A stretch of DNA of 64,000 nucleotides from an uncultured Gammaproteobacteria bacterium. Its GTDB lineage: Bacteria; Pseudomonadota; Gammaproteobacteria; Arenicellales; Poriferihabitantaceae. The position numbers and the translations under genes are program-made. The DNA lies in contig CAMYNW010000012.1 of assembly GCA_947259885.1 (NCBI GenBank), forward strand, positions 74,769 through 138,768. The letters run 5' to 3'. The notes under the pieces were generated by a model. That model saw nothing but the letters and a program-made list of their open reading frames with translations, was not told the DNA's origin and ran no database searches. Shown one piece after another: positions 45,309 through 55,116 of this stretch (its first letter is position 1; each line of letters opens with the position of its first letter).

Positions 45309-46847
45309 TTAGTACCAGGCGTCCGGCAGATGCTCCTTACGAGCAGTCATGTATGCCAGTAACTGTTCGTGAACCGCTTCCTCCATTTTTGGCTCCTGGT
45401 AATCTTTCAGAATCTTGTTCCAGCGTTCATAGGCTCGTTGCGCCGAGTCTTTTGAGCCCTGATCCTCCCACTGTTCGAAACTCTCACTGTCTGAAAGTGC
45501 AGACTCGTAGAATGCAGTTTCATAATTTGCCATGGTATGACTGCAACCCAGAAAATGACCTGCGGGTTCAACTTCATGGTAAGCCGATCTTGCCAGCGCG
45601 TTTTCGTCCATCGGCATGCCGCCAAGCATCACCTGGTAAGCGCCTAACCGATCTGCATCCTGCACTAGTTTTTCATACCCGGTGACAAGCCCCCCTTCCA
45701 ACCAACCGGCCGCATGGAGGATAAAATTAGCACCGCCGAGAACTGTGGACAACATCGAATCCGCGCTTTCCGCCGCAGCCTGGGCGTCGGGCAACTTAGA
45801 GGCAGTCAAAGATCCGCCGCATCGAAGTGGTAATCCAAGCCTCCTCGCCAGTTGTCCGATAATCAGGTTCGACATCACGGGTTCCGGCATACCAAAAGTT
45901 GGCGCCCCACTTTTAAGACTCATAGAAGACAGAAAGTTTCCCAAAATAAATGGCGCACCGGGTCGCACAAGCTGGGTGAACGCGCATACCATCATAGCCT
46001 CCGCCAGCGCCTGGGCAATAGATGCCGCCGTGGTCACCGGGCCCATAGCGCCGCTGAGAATAAAGGGCACCGCCACCAGCCCCTGGCCAGCGCCACAATA
46101 AACCCGGGCTGCCTCCGTAACCACCTTATCGACCAGTAAAGGTGAGTTAGTGTTGACGTTGCCCATAATCACGCAGTTGTCCTGCATGAATTCTTCACCG
46201 AATACTATCCTTACCATGTCTACCGAATCCTGGGCGCGGGACATTTCGGTGATGGCGCCGAGGAACGGTTTGTCGTTATAGCGCAACTGGTTGTAAACCA
46301 TATCCAGGTGCCGCTTCGATACCGGCACATCACAAGGTTCGCAGATCACCAGCCCGGTATGATGCAAACTGGGGAGCGAATAACAAATCTTCACCAGGTT
46401 TTCATGATCCTGCATGGTGCCGTAACGGCGCCCGTGGTCTAAATCGCGCACGAACGGCGGCCCATAAACTGGGGCGAACACCTGACTATTGCCACCAATC
46501 TCAACACTACGCTGCGGATTACGCGCATGCTGAATAAACTGAGATGGCGCCGTCTTACAAAGCTCTCTGGCCATATCTGCAGGCACTCTGACCCTGGTTC
46601 CTGTGACATCAGCCCCCGCCTGCTTCCAAATCCTGAGCGCTTCATCGTCGCCACGAAACTCCAATCCGATTTCCTGGATCAACCAATCCGCCTGTTTTTC
46701 CAAAGTGACCAATCCCTCCTCGCCGAGGAATTCGTAGAAGGGGATCTTGCGCGTAATATACGCTGGTGCAGTTCGCTCAACCCGTTGTTTTTTTGCAGCG
46801 CGTCCGCCACGTGATCGAGTTGCCAATTTTCTTTGGTTATCTGACAT
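45309..46847 (-). CDS. MttB-superfamily methyltransferase, non-pyrrolysine (quaternary-amine:corrinoid methyltransferase-like)
   Basis: An uninterrupted 512-aa ORF with no in-frame amber codon. The family-typical N-terminus is RSRGGRAAKKQRV...IPFYEFLGEEGLVTLEKQADWLIQEIGLEF, and it has TIM-barrel length. Confidence 0.8.
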   Translation of the reverse strand: MSDNQRKLATRSRGGRAAKKQRVERTAPAYITRKIPFYEFLGEEGLVTLEKQADWLIQEIGLEFRGDDEALRIWKQAGADVTGTRVRVPADMARELCKTAPSQFIQHARNPQRSVEIGGNSQVFAPVYGPPFVRDLDHGRRYGTMQDHENLVKICYSLPSLHHTGLVICEPCDVPVSKRHLDMVYNQLRYNDKPFLGAITEMSRAQDSVDMVRIVFGEEFMQDNCVIMGNVNTNSPLLVDKVVTEAARVYCGAGQGLVAVPFILSGAMGPVTTAASIAQALAEAMMVCAFTQLVRPGAPFILGNFLSSMSLKSGAPTFGMPEPVMSNLIIGQLARRLGLPLRCGGSLTASKLPDAQAAAESADSMLSTVLGGANFILHAAGWLEGGLVTGYEKLVQDADRLGAYQVMLGGMPMDENALARSAYHEVEPAGHFLGCSHTMANYETAFYESALSDSESFEQWEDQGSKDSAQRAYERWNKILKDYQEPKMEEAVHEQLLAYMTARKEHLPDAWY

Positions 46848-46991
46848 ACGGCGAATAGGGTAAAGTGATCACGTAAAAGGCGAGTGTGACAGGTAAAACA
46901 GGCTCCCAATGTATCAGCGACGACTTTGCTTGTCGCGCCGAGCTAAGCCGGTTATAAGACAGCAGTCAGCAATAAATTACATTCAAAACCT

Positions 46992-47270
46992 TTAGAGGCG
47001 GCTATGTCTGCTTGTGTCAGGATCGGAAAAGAAATCGTCACTGAATAATTCATCATCGTCTTCCCACCCATGTTCCTTGAACCATTTGCGTTCAAGATAC
47101 GCATCGAGGCGTTTTTTTACCGCTAGTTTCTGATTCGCCTTTTTAATTGAACTGAAGTCAAATACCTCATCTGCCAAATGTTCAAGCTCAGTATCAAATT
47201 CTCCGATTTCCGCATCGTCAATCAAATCAGACGCATCATCGTCAGACGATTGGTCTTTATCTTTGCTCAT
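46992..47270 (-). CDS. Small highly acidic hypothetical protein
   Basis: 92 aa. It has an Asp/Glu-rich N-terminus, a central basic helix (KKRLDAYLERKWFKEH) and an acidic C-terminus. Any family assignment would be a guess. Confidence 0.45.
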   Translation of the reverse strand: MSKDKDQSSDDDASDLIDDAEIGEFDTELEHLADEVFDFSSIKKANQKLAVKKRLDAYLERKWFKEHGWEDDDELFSDDFFSDPDTSRHSRL

Positions 47271-47436
47271 AATCGAATACCTAGTACGCGAAAACTAACG
47301 AGCAGATTATGATCCTGCGTAAATAAATCTCAATGAATAATTTTCAGATTAAGTATAAAGATTTATTAAAAATTCTTATCATCAAGCTAGATAATTTGGT
47401 GCAAAATTGACCGTTTTCGCAACCGAAAATTGTCGG

Positions 47437-48636
47437 TTATTGCCACACGCCTGCCCCGTCCCCATACAACCAGTCTAGTCGATGGTAGTACTCTTGTGGT
47501 GACCAGCTCCCAAGCGTCGCGTTACGCACCATCGCATGGGCGCCATCAGGATGATAAACGTGGTCCCCCATAGCTCGAGACGACAGCACTACTCTGGCAG
47601 TGCGAGTGGTTCTTAGGTTCTGATATGCGCTAAAAGCTGATTCAATATTTCCGTCGTGCGCCTTCACCTCGCGCGCCAAACACACCGCATCCTCCATCGC
47701 CATGCAGGCACCTTGGGCCATATATTGCAGCATCGGGTGTGCAGCGTCTCCGAGCAGTACCGTATTAACGTCCTGCCAGGAAGTCACCGGTTCCCTGTCA
47801 CAAAGTACCCACAATTTCCAATCCCTGCCAATATCGATAATACCGCGAGGCAGCGGATGTATATGTTCAAAGCCCTTAAGCACTTCATCTCTCGATACAG
47901 CTTTACCTGCAACCGGCTCCGGGGCATCGTTATGATAAGTTACTACTAAATTAAAATATTTCCAGTCTGAAAGTGGATAGTGAACGATATGACACTTTGG
48001 CCCGGCCCACAAAGTCGCCGCATTCCATCGCAACTCCTCGGGCATCTGCTCAAATGGAATTACCGAACGGTAGGTAGTATGTCCGGAGACACGCGGCGGT
48101 CCGTCTGCGACCAGCTGGTTGCGCACATTCGACCACAAACCGTCAGCGCCCACCAGCGCACGACCATTGATGAGGGCATTGTCAGTAAGCGTTACCGTCA
48201 CACCATCGACCCGGTTTTTATATCCAAGCACATTGGCGTTAACCCTTAGTTCGATAAAATCATTCTGCACACATGCGCGCAGCAGAACACCATGCAGATC
48301 CCCACGATGCACGACCGCATAGGGATTGCGATAGCGATCTCGAAATGTTTGATCAAGAGGAATGTGCGCAATCTCCTCTCCACTAATGGCGTCCATTAGT
48401 CGAAGCTGATCAATGTAGACCGCCATCCGTCGCGCCTCTTCCCCAACGCCTAAGAAATCAAAACAATGAAATGCATTGGGGCCTAGCTGAATACCGGCGC
48501 CGAGCTCCCCAAGTTCCGAAGCTTTTTCGAGAACCAGGCTTGAATAACCTTGCTGGGCCAGACCAAGCGCAGTCGCTAAACCCCCAATTCCACCTCCGGC
48601 GATAATTATTTTATTGTTGCCAGAGTCGATTGCCAT
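47437..48636 (-). CDS. FAD-dependent aromatic-ring monooxygenase (salicylate / 3-hydroxybenzoate hydroxylase-like)
   Basis: It has the GxGxxG motif IIIAGGGIGGLATALGLA, the DG motif LVGADGLWSNVR, and LLGDAAHPMLQYMAQGACMAMEDA. Confidence 0.85.
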   Translation of the reverse strand: MAIDSGNNKIIIAGGGIGGLATALGLAQQGYSSLVLEKASELGELGAGIQLGPNAFHCFDFLGVGEEARRMAVYIDQLRLMDAISGEEIAHIPLDQTFRDRYRNPYAVVHRGDLHGVLLRACVQNDFIELRVNANVLGYKNRVDGVTVTLTDNALINGRALVGADGLWSNVRNQLVADGPPRVSGHTTYRSVIPFEQMPEELRWNAATLWAGPKCHIVHYPLSDWKYFNLVVTYHNDAPEPVAGKAVSRDEVLKGFEHIHPLPRGIIDIGRDWKLWVLCDREPVTSWQDVNTVLLGDAAHPMLQYMAQGACMAMEDAVCLAREVKAHDGNIESAFSAYQNLRTTRTARVVLSSRAMGDHVYHPDGAHAMVRNATLGSWSPQEYYHRLDWLYGDGAGVWQ

Positions 48637-48646
48637 AGAATTTTAT

Positions 48647-49627
48647 TTATCTGAGACCAGTTTTTTCTTCTAATCTATCTGTCGCTAATGCAGGTTCCTT
48701 TGACAGTGCAGAAACTTGCTCATACAGCTCCGGGTTCATCTCGATATTGAGCGCATCAAGTGAAGGATAAAGCTGCTCCAAATTACGCGCGCCGATAATT
48801 GGACAGGTCACCAAAGAGTTAGCCCTGACCCAGGCAACCGCTAGGCTCACGGGATGTATTCCCTTCTGCTTGGCAAACTTGCTGAATCGCCCGGCGGTTT
48901 TATACACCCACTTTTCATCGTAGCGCGCAGAATAATCCTCGTTATCTACAAGCCGTCCACTTTCCGGTTTTGTACCTGAGGCATATTTACCGCTTAACAG
49001 TCCGCCGCCAACAGGCCCATAGGTCATTACCCCTAGCTGTTCGGACGCTGCCATCGGCAAAATTTCCACCTCCGCTTGACGTTTCACCAGGTTATACATC
49101 GGTTGGATCACCTCAAATCTGGTCCAAGCGTGTTGAGCCGAAATTCCCAGTGCTTTCTGCACCTGCCAGGCCGCATAATTACTGGCGCCGGTATAGAGCA
49201 CCTTGCCCTCACGCACCAGATCCTCTAAAGCGCGCAGCGTCTCCTCGAGCGGTGTCACCGGACTCCAACGATGGGTTAACAGGATGTCAAGTCGATCGGT
49301 ATCGAGCCGCTTCAGACTGGCATCAACGGCATTCCTGATATGTCGGCGACTGACACCATGATCATTGACATCGTCGCTGGTAGACATGGCGCATTTGGAA
49401 GTAATCACCAGCTGATCGCGGTCTCCTGCAATTAACTTACCCAGAATACGTTCGGCTTCTCCACCACTATAAGAATCGGCGCAGTCAAAAAAGTTGATGC
49501 CGGCGTCCCGTGCTGCCTTGAACATTCTGGTCGACTCGGCGACGTCGGCATCCCCGCCAAACGACATAGTGCCAAAGCAAAGTTCGGACACGTACACCCC
49601 GCTACGACCGAGTAATTTAAAATGCAT
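48647..49627 (-). CDS. Aldo/keto reductase
   Basis: 326 aa with the AKR catalytic layout (FFDCADSYSGGEAE, ITSKC, LLTHRW) and a Kv-beta/YajO-like overall pattern. Confidence 0.88.
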   Translation of the reverse strand: MHFKLLGRSGVYVSELCFGTMSFGGDADVAESTRMFKAARDAGINFFDCADSYSGGEAERILGKLIAGDRDQLVITSKCAMSTSDDVNDHGVSRRHIRNAVDASLKRLDTDRLDILLTHRWSPVTPLEETLRALEDLVREGKVLYTGASNYAAWQVQKALGISAQHAWTRFEVIQPMYNLVKRQAEVEILPMAASEQLGVMTYGPVGGGLLSGKYASGTKPESGRLVDNEDYSARYDEKWVYKTAGRFSKFAKQKGIHPVSLAVAWVRANSLVTCPIIGARNLEQLYPSLDALNIEMNPELYEQVSALSKEPALATDRLEEKTGLR

Positions 49628-49762
49628 AGTCTTCTTATAAGATTAGTAAAAGATTTATTATCCCATGAAAGTTTCATTGACAGGCGGCAAATAACTTTTC
49701 AAATAATCTTATACCTAAATATGTTCTTCGTTTTTAATAGGCGCAAATTCAGTGAATAGGCT

Positions 49763-50695
49763 ATGATGCAGCGCTTTGTCTCTCAAGACCTGATGCCCAA
49801 TAGCGCACTATACCTGTTGACGATTTTTATCTGGGGCACGTCCTGGTATGTGATCAAACTGCAGCTTGGCGAGGTAGCGCCTCAGGTGTCCGTGTTCTAC
49901 CGTTTCGTGATCGCCGCGCTGACGCTTCTGATCTATTGCCTGATCAGACGCAAGTCGCTGCACTATCGACTCATAGATCATGCACGATTTGCATTCATCG
50001 GCCTGTTTCTTTTTAACCTCAACTATATCTCCATATACTTCGCCTCGTTTCATTTGACCACCGGTTTGATCTCGGTAATTTTTAGCTGTGTCCAGATTTT
50101 TAATATGGTGATCGGGTATCTGGTGTTGCGCGACAGAATCACCGGCATGATGCTGGTGGGGGCGCTTACCGGTATTCTTGGAATTGGGCTCGTATTCTCA
50201 CCGGAAATTAACCAACTGGACTGGTCCAGCGCCTCCATTCGAGGCGTAGGGCTCGCCCTGCTCGGCACGCTTTGCGCCGCCATCGGCATGATCAGTTCTG
50301 CTCGCTTTCAACGTCAACAGTACCCGGTTCTGCAAACTAATGCCTGGGGCATGGCTTGGGGCGCGCTATGGATGGGGGTTTATATCTGGATAACGGGTAT
50401 AGAATTCAGTTTCGAGTATTCTGCGAAGTATATCGGCGGGTTATTTTGGCTCTCTATATTCTCTACCGTATTTGGATTCGGCTGTTTTCTTACCCTCGTA
50501 GGTCGAATCGGTGCAGCTCGGTCATCTTATGCCATGGTGATTTTTCCCATTGTGGCGCTGGCACTCTCTACACTTTTCGAAGAGTATCAATGGACCACTG
50601 TGGCCAGTATCGGACTGATTCTAGCCATTGCAGGAAATGTCATTATATTGCTCGACAAACAGCACGTCATTGCCGAAAAAGCAGCGGTCGGATAA
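49763..50695 (+). CDS. DMT-superfamily (EamA-like) transporter
   Basis: 310 aa with about 10 hydrophobic spans in two EamA-like halves. Confidence 0.75.
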   Translation: MMQRFVSQDLMPNSALYLLTIFIWGTSWYVIKLQLGEVAPQVSVFYRFVIAALTLLIYCLIRRKSLHYRLIDHARFAFIGLFLFNLNYISIYFASFHLTTGLISVIFSCVQIFNMVIGYLVLRDRITGMMLVGALTGILGIGLVFSPEINQLDWSSASIRGVGLALLGTLCAAIGMISSARFQRQQYPVLQTNAWGMAWGALWMGVYIWITGIEFSFEYSAKYIGGLFWLSIFSTVFGFGCFLTLVGRIGAARSSYAMVIFPIVALALSTLFEEYQWTTVASIGLILAIAGNVIILLDKQHVIAEKAAVG

Positions 50696-50793
50696 GCCTA
50701 AAACGGAACGGTAAAATTGTCATAATTTTCAGGTCCAATTGAAGTGTCTGATTTGAAATATAGACACCAACTAAGGACGGTCGAACTGTGCGC

Positions 50794-52284
50794 CTAATCG
50801 CCCACCTCGAGGAAATCCAGGATGCGCTTTTCCATAAGATCATAAAAAGGATTCCACCGAAGACGAAGCATCGTACCAGCCGGGATCTGTGACACTCCGC
50901 GTTCGCCACGGAGTACGGCATTTCCGATTTGGATTCCCGGCGATTTTTCCGCTGTCTCGCCGCCATAGAGCGCATCCGTTTCGGGGAACGGCAGTGCCAC
51001 ATGGGATAGCGAATAGATTCCTTCAGGCCATTCTAGACCGGTTTCTTTAGTAGTGATTGTTATGCTACCTGCTTCTTTCGACCTTTCCACAATTCCCCGG
51101 CTCCCTCCATTTTCGTTCTCCAATACAGTAATCCGAAAGGGTAGCACCTTGTCCTCTTTCAGCTCATTTAACCCGGGTGTTGGATTCGGGTTGAAAACAG
51201 TCTCCATCGAATCCAGCCGATTGATATCAAACAGGACGAGTTCATGACCCTGGTCAGGCAACGAGTTAAATAAAACCTCGACCAGCGCCGGGGTGGAAAC
51301 TGTAGCGTCGACCACTGATTGAAATCCAAGCACGGGGGGGAAATCTTTCAACTCCTCCTTTTTATTAGCTTTTTCCAGTCTCTTGCTGATCTCGGATGTC
51401 AGCAGGTAAACCTGCCGCCCTGCGTTAAGCGCAAAAGATCCATATTTGTAGGGATCATATTCCGGTTGAATTGCATTCCACGCCAGCTTCTTTAGCCCTA
51501 AAACGTGACCCAGCCGACTTTGCCAGATCGCCAGTGCTGCTAATTTGGTAACTCCGATCGACGGCGATATCAGCACAATTTTTTCGACCCGCGGCAACTC
51601 GGAGTTTTCGATAACCGAAAGCGCATACTCGATTGCGAGTGCTCCCCCGTTCGAATAGCCGATGATCGAAATGGGGCCATTACCGATCCGTCCTTTTAAA
51701 TGGGCAACAGCAATTTTTACCGCCGCCGCCATATCTTCCCATTCAACATCGAGCAGCCCGGAGGGTGACGTACCGTGGCCAGGAATACGCAGGGCGATCG
51801 CAGCTGTTTTAGCATCCGCAATTTTCTCTCCCAGTGAGCGCATGCTATACGGTGAGTCCGACATTCCATGGAGCAAGAGGACCCCACGAGTTGGAGATTC
51901 TGGCTCAACTACCCATGTTCGATTCCAGTTCTTTGGCCAACGTTCGGGGTCACTCAAACTTCCGGCATAGTAGCGATTGATTTCACGCTTATCCCCTTCT
52001 TCTATCTTGTCGTTAACTTTCTCTCCTAATTCCTCAAACAGTCGATCTTCAAGTTCCAGATACCCGGAGAAGGTATGGATATTGGCCGAATTCGTAAATT
52101 CATGGTTGAGCCTCGCTTCGTGCCAGACCTTTAAATCTGGTCGTCCATTAAGAACAATTACGAAGGCAATAATTCCAGAAATTAGACCACCCAAGACAAT
52201 CATCGCCGCGATCTTCAATGTGCGAATTAGTAGCGCTTTGGCATATCTTCCTTTGATTGGTATCCAGTTAATGAGTGATTTCAT
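50794..52284 (-). CDS. Membrane-anchored alpha/beta hydrolase
   Basis: The ATG at 52284 (MKSLINW) precedes an N-terminal TM helix (IAAMIVLGGLISGIIAFVIVL). It has HG in LLLHGMSDSP and the nucleophile elbow GYSNGG. Confidence 0.65.
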   Translation of the reverse strand: MKSLINWIPIKGRYAKALLIRTLKIAAMIVLGGLISGIIAFVIVLNGRPDLKVWHEARLNHEFTNSANIHTFSGYLELEDRLFEELGEKVNDKIEEGDKREINRYYAGSLSDPERWPKNWNRTWVVEPESPTRGVLLLHGMSDSPYSMRSLGEKIADAKTAAIALRIPGHGTSPSGLLDVEWEDMAAAVKIAVAHLKGRIGNGPISIIGYSNGGALAIEYALSVIENSELPRVEKIVLISPSIGVTKLAALAIWQSRLGHVLGLKKLAWNAIQPEYDPYKYGSFALNAGRQVYLLTSEISKRLEKANKKEELKDFPPVLGFQSVVDATVSTPALVEVLFNSLPDQGHELVLFDINRLDSMETVFNPNPTPGLNELKEDKVLPFRITVLENENGGSRGIVERSKEAGSITITTKETGLEWPEGIYSLSHVALPFPETDALYGGETAEKSPGIQIGNAVLRGERGVSQIPAGTMLRLRWNPFYDLMEKRILDFLEVGD

Positions 52285-52451
52285 TTGGTTATTGTGGATG
52301 TCCACTGAACCAGTCAAGCACACGATTTCTTGACCCAATCCAATCTAGCCTTAACCACTGCTTGAAATTGATCCGCGACGATTTTAGTTTTACGTTGGGC
52401 TCATTCTTTTAGAATATAGCTTTAGGTTATTTCCAATACGATAAAGATCGT

Positions 52452-53072
52452 TTAATTCACTCGCTGAAGTACTACCCGCGATTCCGGTGAAACCGCGATT
52501 AACTGATCACCGTCCACCGAAAATTTGAAGTTATTAACATAAGTCTCACCGGTGTCTGGGTCCTGGCCCGTAATCACTATCGCGTCCGCAACGATACGAT
52601 ATTGCTCCACTGTTGTTTCGGCCTTACCATCTTTGTGTACTGCCATGGTGGTGAGCTTGCTGCTGGAAGGAAAATTGACCACCATCGAAGCGTATTCCGG
52701 GTAGGGATCTTCGGATACCAAGCTGACGACTTGCCAGGTGCTGCCTACAAACTGGTTAGTGACTGGCGATTTATAGGCCGTTTCCGGATTTTCAGTGACT
52801 TGTGCCTGGGAGCGAGCTTTTTGCTCAGCATCAGCCTGCGCCTCGGCCTTTTTTTTGTCGTCTTCATTACCCGTCAAATAACCAATTCCACCGCCAGCTA
52901 CCGCGCCTACCGCCGCACCCCCCAGGTCACCACCGATAATCCCGCCTGCCAGAGCGCCGATGCCGGCACCAATCCAACCCTTTTTTTTTGCCTCCGTCTG
53001 GGCATATATGGTTGCAGAAGGGATCGAAAGAACCAGGGCGATAAGGAGGCTCGCAGCGTATCTGTTATACAT
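52452..53072 (-). CDS. Secreted glycine-zipper protein
   Basis: It has a signal peptide (LLIALVLSIPSATIYAQ), a glycine-zipper segment GAGIGALAGGIIGGDLGGAAVGAVAGGGIG, a charged linker and a beta-rich C-terminal domain. Confidence 0.6.
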   Translation of the reverse strand: MYNRYAASLLIALVLSIPSATIYAQTEAKKKGWIGAGIGALAGGIIGGDLGGAAVGAVAGGGIGYLTGNEDDKKKAEAQADAEQKARSQAQVTENPETAYKSPVTNQFVGSTWQVVSLVSEDPYPEYASMVVNFPSSSKLTTMAVHKDGKAETTVEQYRIVADAIVITGQDPDTGETYVNNFKFSVDGDQLIAVSPESRVVLQRVN

Positions 53073-53439
53073 AAATGTCTCCTATAGAGGTTTTTGATAG
53101 AGCATTCGACGCGTCAAATATCATAAATGCTTTCGCTATCTAATGATTAAGCACAAGTCTGAAATTTAACCCACATGAACACAACGCGCAAATAGCTAAA
53201 GCAGCGCTGGATCAGCGACACACTTCGCATAATCGATACTCCTTGCGGCTGTCAGAATAAATATCGAATTTAATGGAGTGAATGACATACTTATTAAGAT
53301 CACAAATTTTATTCTGCCTTTGTTACTGGGGCTCCAGGGCCTCGCTCTGATAGCGGATGCAGTGCTTTTTTTCTCGAGCAGTAAAAGTTTGTATTAATTT
53401 CCGCCCTGATGTCATTAGGGTTCTAGAATCACATCAAGA

Positions 53440-54051
53440 CTAAGAAGGAGACTTCCCATCATCTTCCTCATCTTCCTCATCTTCCTCATCTTCTTCATCT
53501 TCTTCATCTTCCTCCCCACCATCTGACGCATCCTCATCATCAGGGTCGTCGACATCGCTGCGATCATCATCCATTGAATTATTATCATCGTCCAGATCAT
53601 CGAAGTCCGAGTCAGTGCGCGTGATCACGACGGGGCTAGCCTTACCGGAACCAGTATTGATCGTAATATCCCTCAAGGTGATGGTCTGGCCCGAAGCCAC
53701 TTGTCCTACTGGTAATATGGCAGTTCCCGAATCAGTCACGGTAAATGTGAGTACAAGATTTTCACTCGGTGCGACACTGGCAAGCTCAAAGCCACCAAAT
53801 TGATTGAGGGGGGTCGACTTGCCGCCACCGGTTACCGTCACATTCTCAAATATAGCCGCACTCGAGAACAGAGCTTTGGCCTGACCGGCAGATGTCTGGC
53901 CATTAACGCTGACAACGTTGCCCTTTACAAAGCTGATCCCGGTGCCACCTATGCCGGAACCGCCACCTGAAATAGCGTCTCCACCCCCGCCGCACGATGC
54001 GGTAAGTAAGGCTATAACCAGCACAACAACGTGTTTCCAGGACATTGACAT
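53440..54051 (-). CDS. Lipoprotein with a beta-sandwich-like domain and a roughly 55-aa poly-acidic C-terminal tail
   Basis: It has a signal peptide plus lipobox (LLTASC), a Gly-rich linker and a beta-rich core. The tail is DSDFDDLDDDNNSMDDDRSDVDDPDDEDASDGGEEDEEDEEDEEDEEDEEDD. Confidence 0.6.
   Translation of the reverse strand: MSMSWKHVVVLVIALLTASCGGGGDAISGGGSGIGGTGISFVKGNVVSVNGQTSAGQAKALFSSAAIFENVTVTGGGKSTPLNQFGGFELASVAPSENLVLTFTVTDSGTAILPVGQVASGQTITLRDITINTGSGKASPVVITRTDSDFDDLDDDNNSMDDDRSDVDDPDDEDASDGGEEDEEDEEDEEDEEDEEDDGKSPS
53461..53514. repeat. 9-bp in-frame microsatellite (ATCTTCYTC x6) encoding the (EED/EDE)n tract
   Basis: Six contiguous 9-nt units make up the tract: three ATCTTCCTC, two ATCTTCTTC and one ATCTTCCTC. 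They lie inside the 3' end of the gene at 53440-54051. Confidence 0.85.
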
Positions 54052-54091
54052 GATTCCGAGTCAAAGAATATTAGATCAAACTAAACTATAT

Positions 54092-54108
54092 GTGGGAATT
54101 GATCCCAC
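54092..54108. promoter_or_regulatory. Perfect 17-bp palindrome GTGGGA-ATTGA-TCCCAC (putative operator)
   Basis: It is centred at 54100, exactly 49 nt from both divergent ATGs (54051 and 54149). The same arms and spacing recur at 55117-55133. Confidence 0.55.
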
Positions 54109-54148
54109 GTCAAATTTAGTGGTAATGTATTCATAGAAGCGAGGTCAG

Positions 54149-54994
54149 ATGAATACAGAATCGGATAACAGCGCGTCAGGCGCCCCTACTCCCGCCCTCA
54201 CCCGCGCCGTCAAGCAGCTGCTGCGGCCGCTGGTAGGGCTGTTGCTGGATAATGGCCTGACCTACAGCTGGCTGACCAAGGTGCTGAAGATGATCTATGT
54301 AGACGTCGCCGAATCGGAGTTTGGACTCGAACAAAAACCTCAGACCGATAGTCGCATCAGCTTGTTGACCGGTGTGCACCGCAAGGATGTCAGAAAGCTG
54401 CGAAGCAGTGACAAGGAGACGTTCGATCCGCCGACGAGTATTTTTATTGGTGCCCAACTGGTTGCGATCTGGACCTCCGAAGAACGTTTTCTCGACACTT
54501 CTGGTAAACCGGCTCCCCTGCCCAGACTGAGCAGTAGCCTGGAAAATGACGATGGGTCCAGTTTCGAAAATTTGGTGACCTTGGTCAGCAAAGACATTCG
54601 TCCCAGGGCGATCCTGGATGAATGGCTAAGGCTCGGTGCAGTTTCTATGGACCAGGACGACCGTGTATCTCTCGAAATTGACGCTTTCATTCCGGCCAAG
54701 GGCTTCGATGAAAAAATGTTCTACCTCGGTAAAAATGTGCACGATCACATGGCCGCTGCGCGCGCTAATGTGCAAAGTACCCACCCACCGTTTCTGGAAC
54801 GCAGTGTTTATTACGATCAGCTTTCTGATCAATCCGTGGAAGAATTGGCACAGCTTTCCGAGAAAGCAGGCATGCTCCTTCTAAAGCGGCTGAACAAACG
54901 AGCGCTGCAACTTCAGAAACGAGATATAAAATCAGAAAAGACAGGTAAACGGATGAATTTTGGCCTGTATTTCTTTAGTGATAAAGATAGTTAA
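54149..54994 (+). CDS. Hypothetical protein with a helix-turn-helix-like segment (candidate local regulator)
   Basis: 281 aa and soluble. The segment TDSRISLLTGVHRKDVRKL resembles an HTH recognition unit. I recognise no enzyme motif. It is flanked on both sides by the shared palindrome. Confidence 0.4.
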   Translation: MNTESDNSASGAPTPALTRAVKQLLRPLVGLLLDNGLTYSWLTKVLKMIYVDVAESEFGLEQKPQTDSRISLLTGVHRKDVRKLRSSDKETFDPPTSIFIGAQLVAIWTSEERFLDTSGKPAPLPRLSSSLENDDGSSFENLVTLVSKDIRPRAILDEWLRLGAVSMDQDDRVSLEIDAFIPAKGFDEKMFYLGKNVHDHMAAARANVQSTHPPFLERSVYYDQLSDQSVEELAQLSEKAGMLLLKRLNKRALQLQKRDIKSEKTGKRMNFGLYFFSDKDS

Positions 54995-55116
54995 GTCTTA
55001 TTACTCGTAACCGGCCCTGGCCTGGGCCAGCACCTCTTTCCTATTCACCCACCCCTTTTAATCGCCGCGGCCCAGCGGCTTGACGAGAAAATTTATTCCA
55101 CGTATATTTAGTTTGT

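Noticed and set aside
45309-46847. Possible pyrrolysine (in-frame TAG) in the MttB homologue
   Set aside because: The ORF is uninterrupted across the region where Pyl-type MttB carries the amber codon, so it is a non-Pyl family member.
46848-46991. Possible cobalamin riboswitch in the mttB leader
   Set aside because: I could not find a B12-box-like core or the conserved paired elements by eye. A covariance-model scan would be needed to exclude it formally.
53415-53600. 61-aa ORF translating as ...MRQMVGRKMKKMKKMRKMRKMRKMMG, on the same strand as the acidic-tail gene but in a different frame
   Set aside because: It is the out-of-frame reading of the 9-bp GAA/GAT-type repeat that encodes the Asp/Glu tail of the gene at 53440-54051. 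It is low-complexity and lies entirely inside a better-supported gene.
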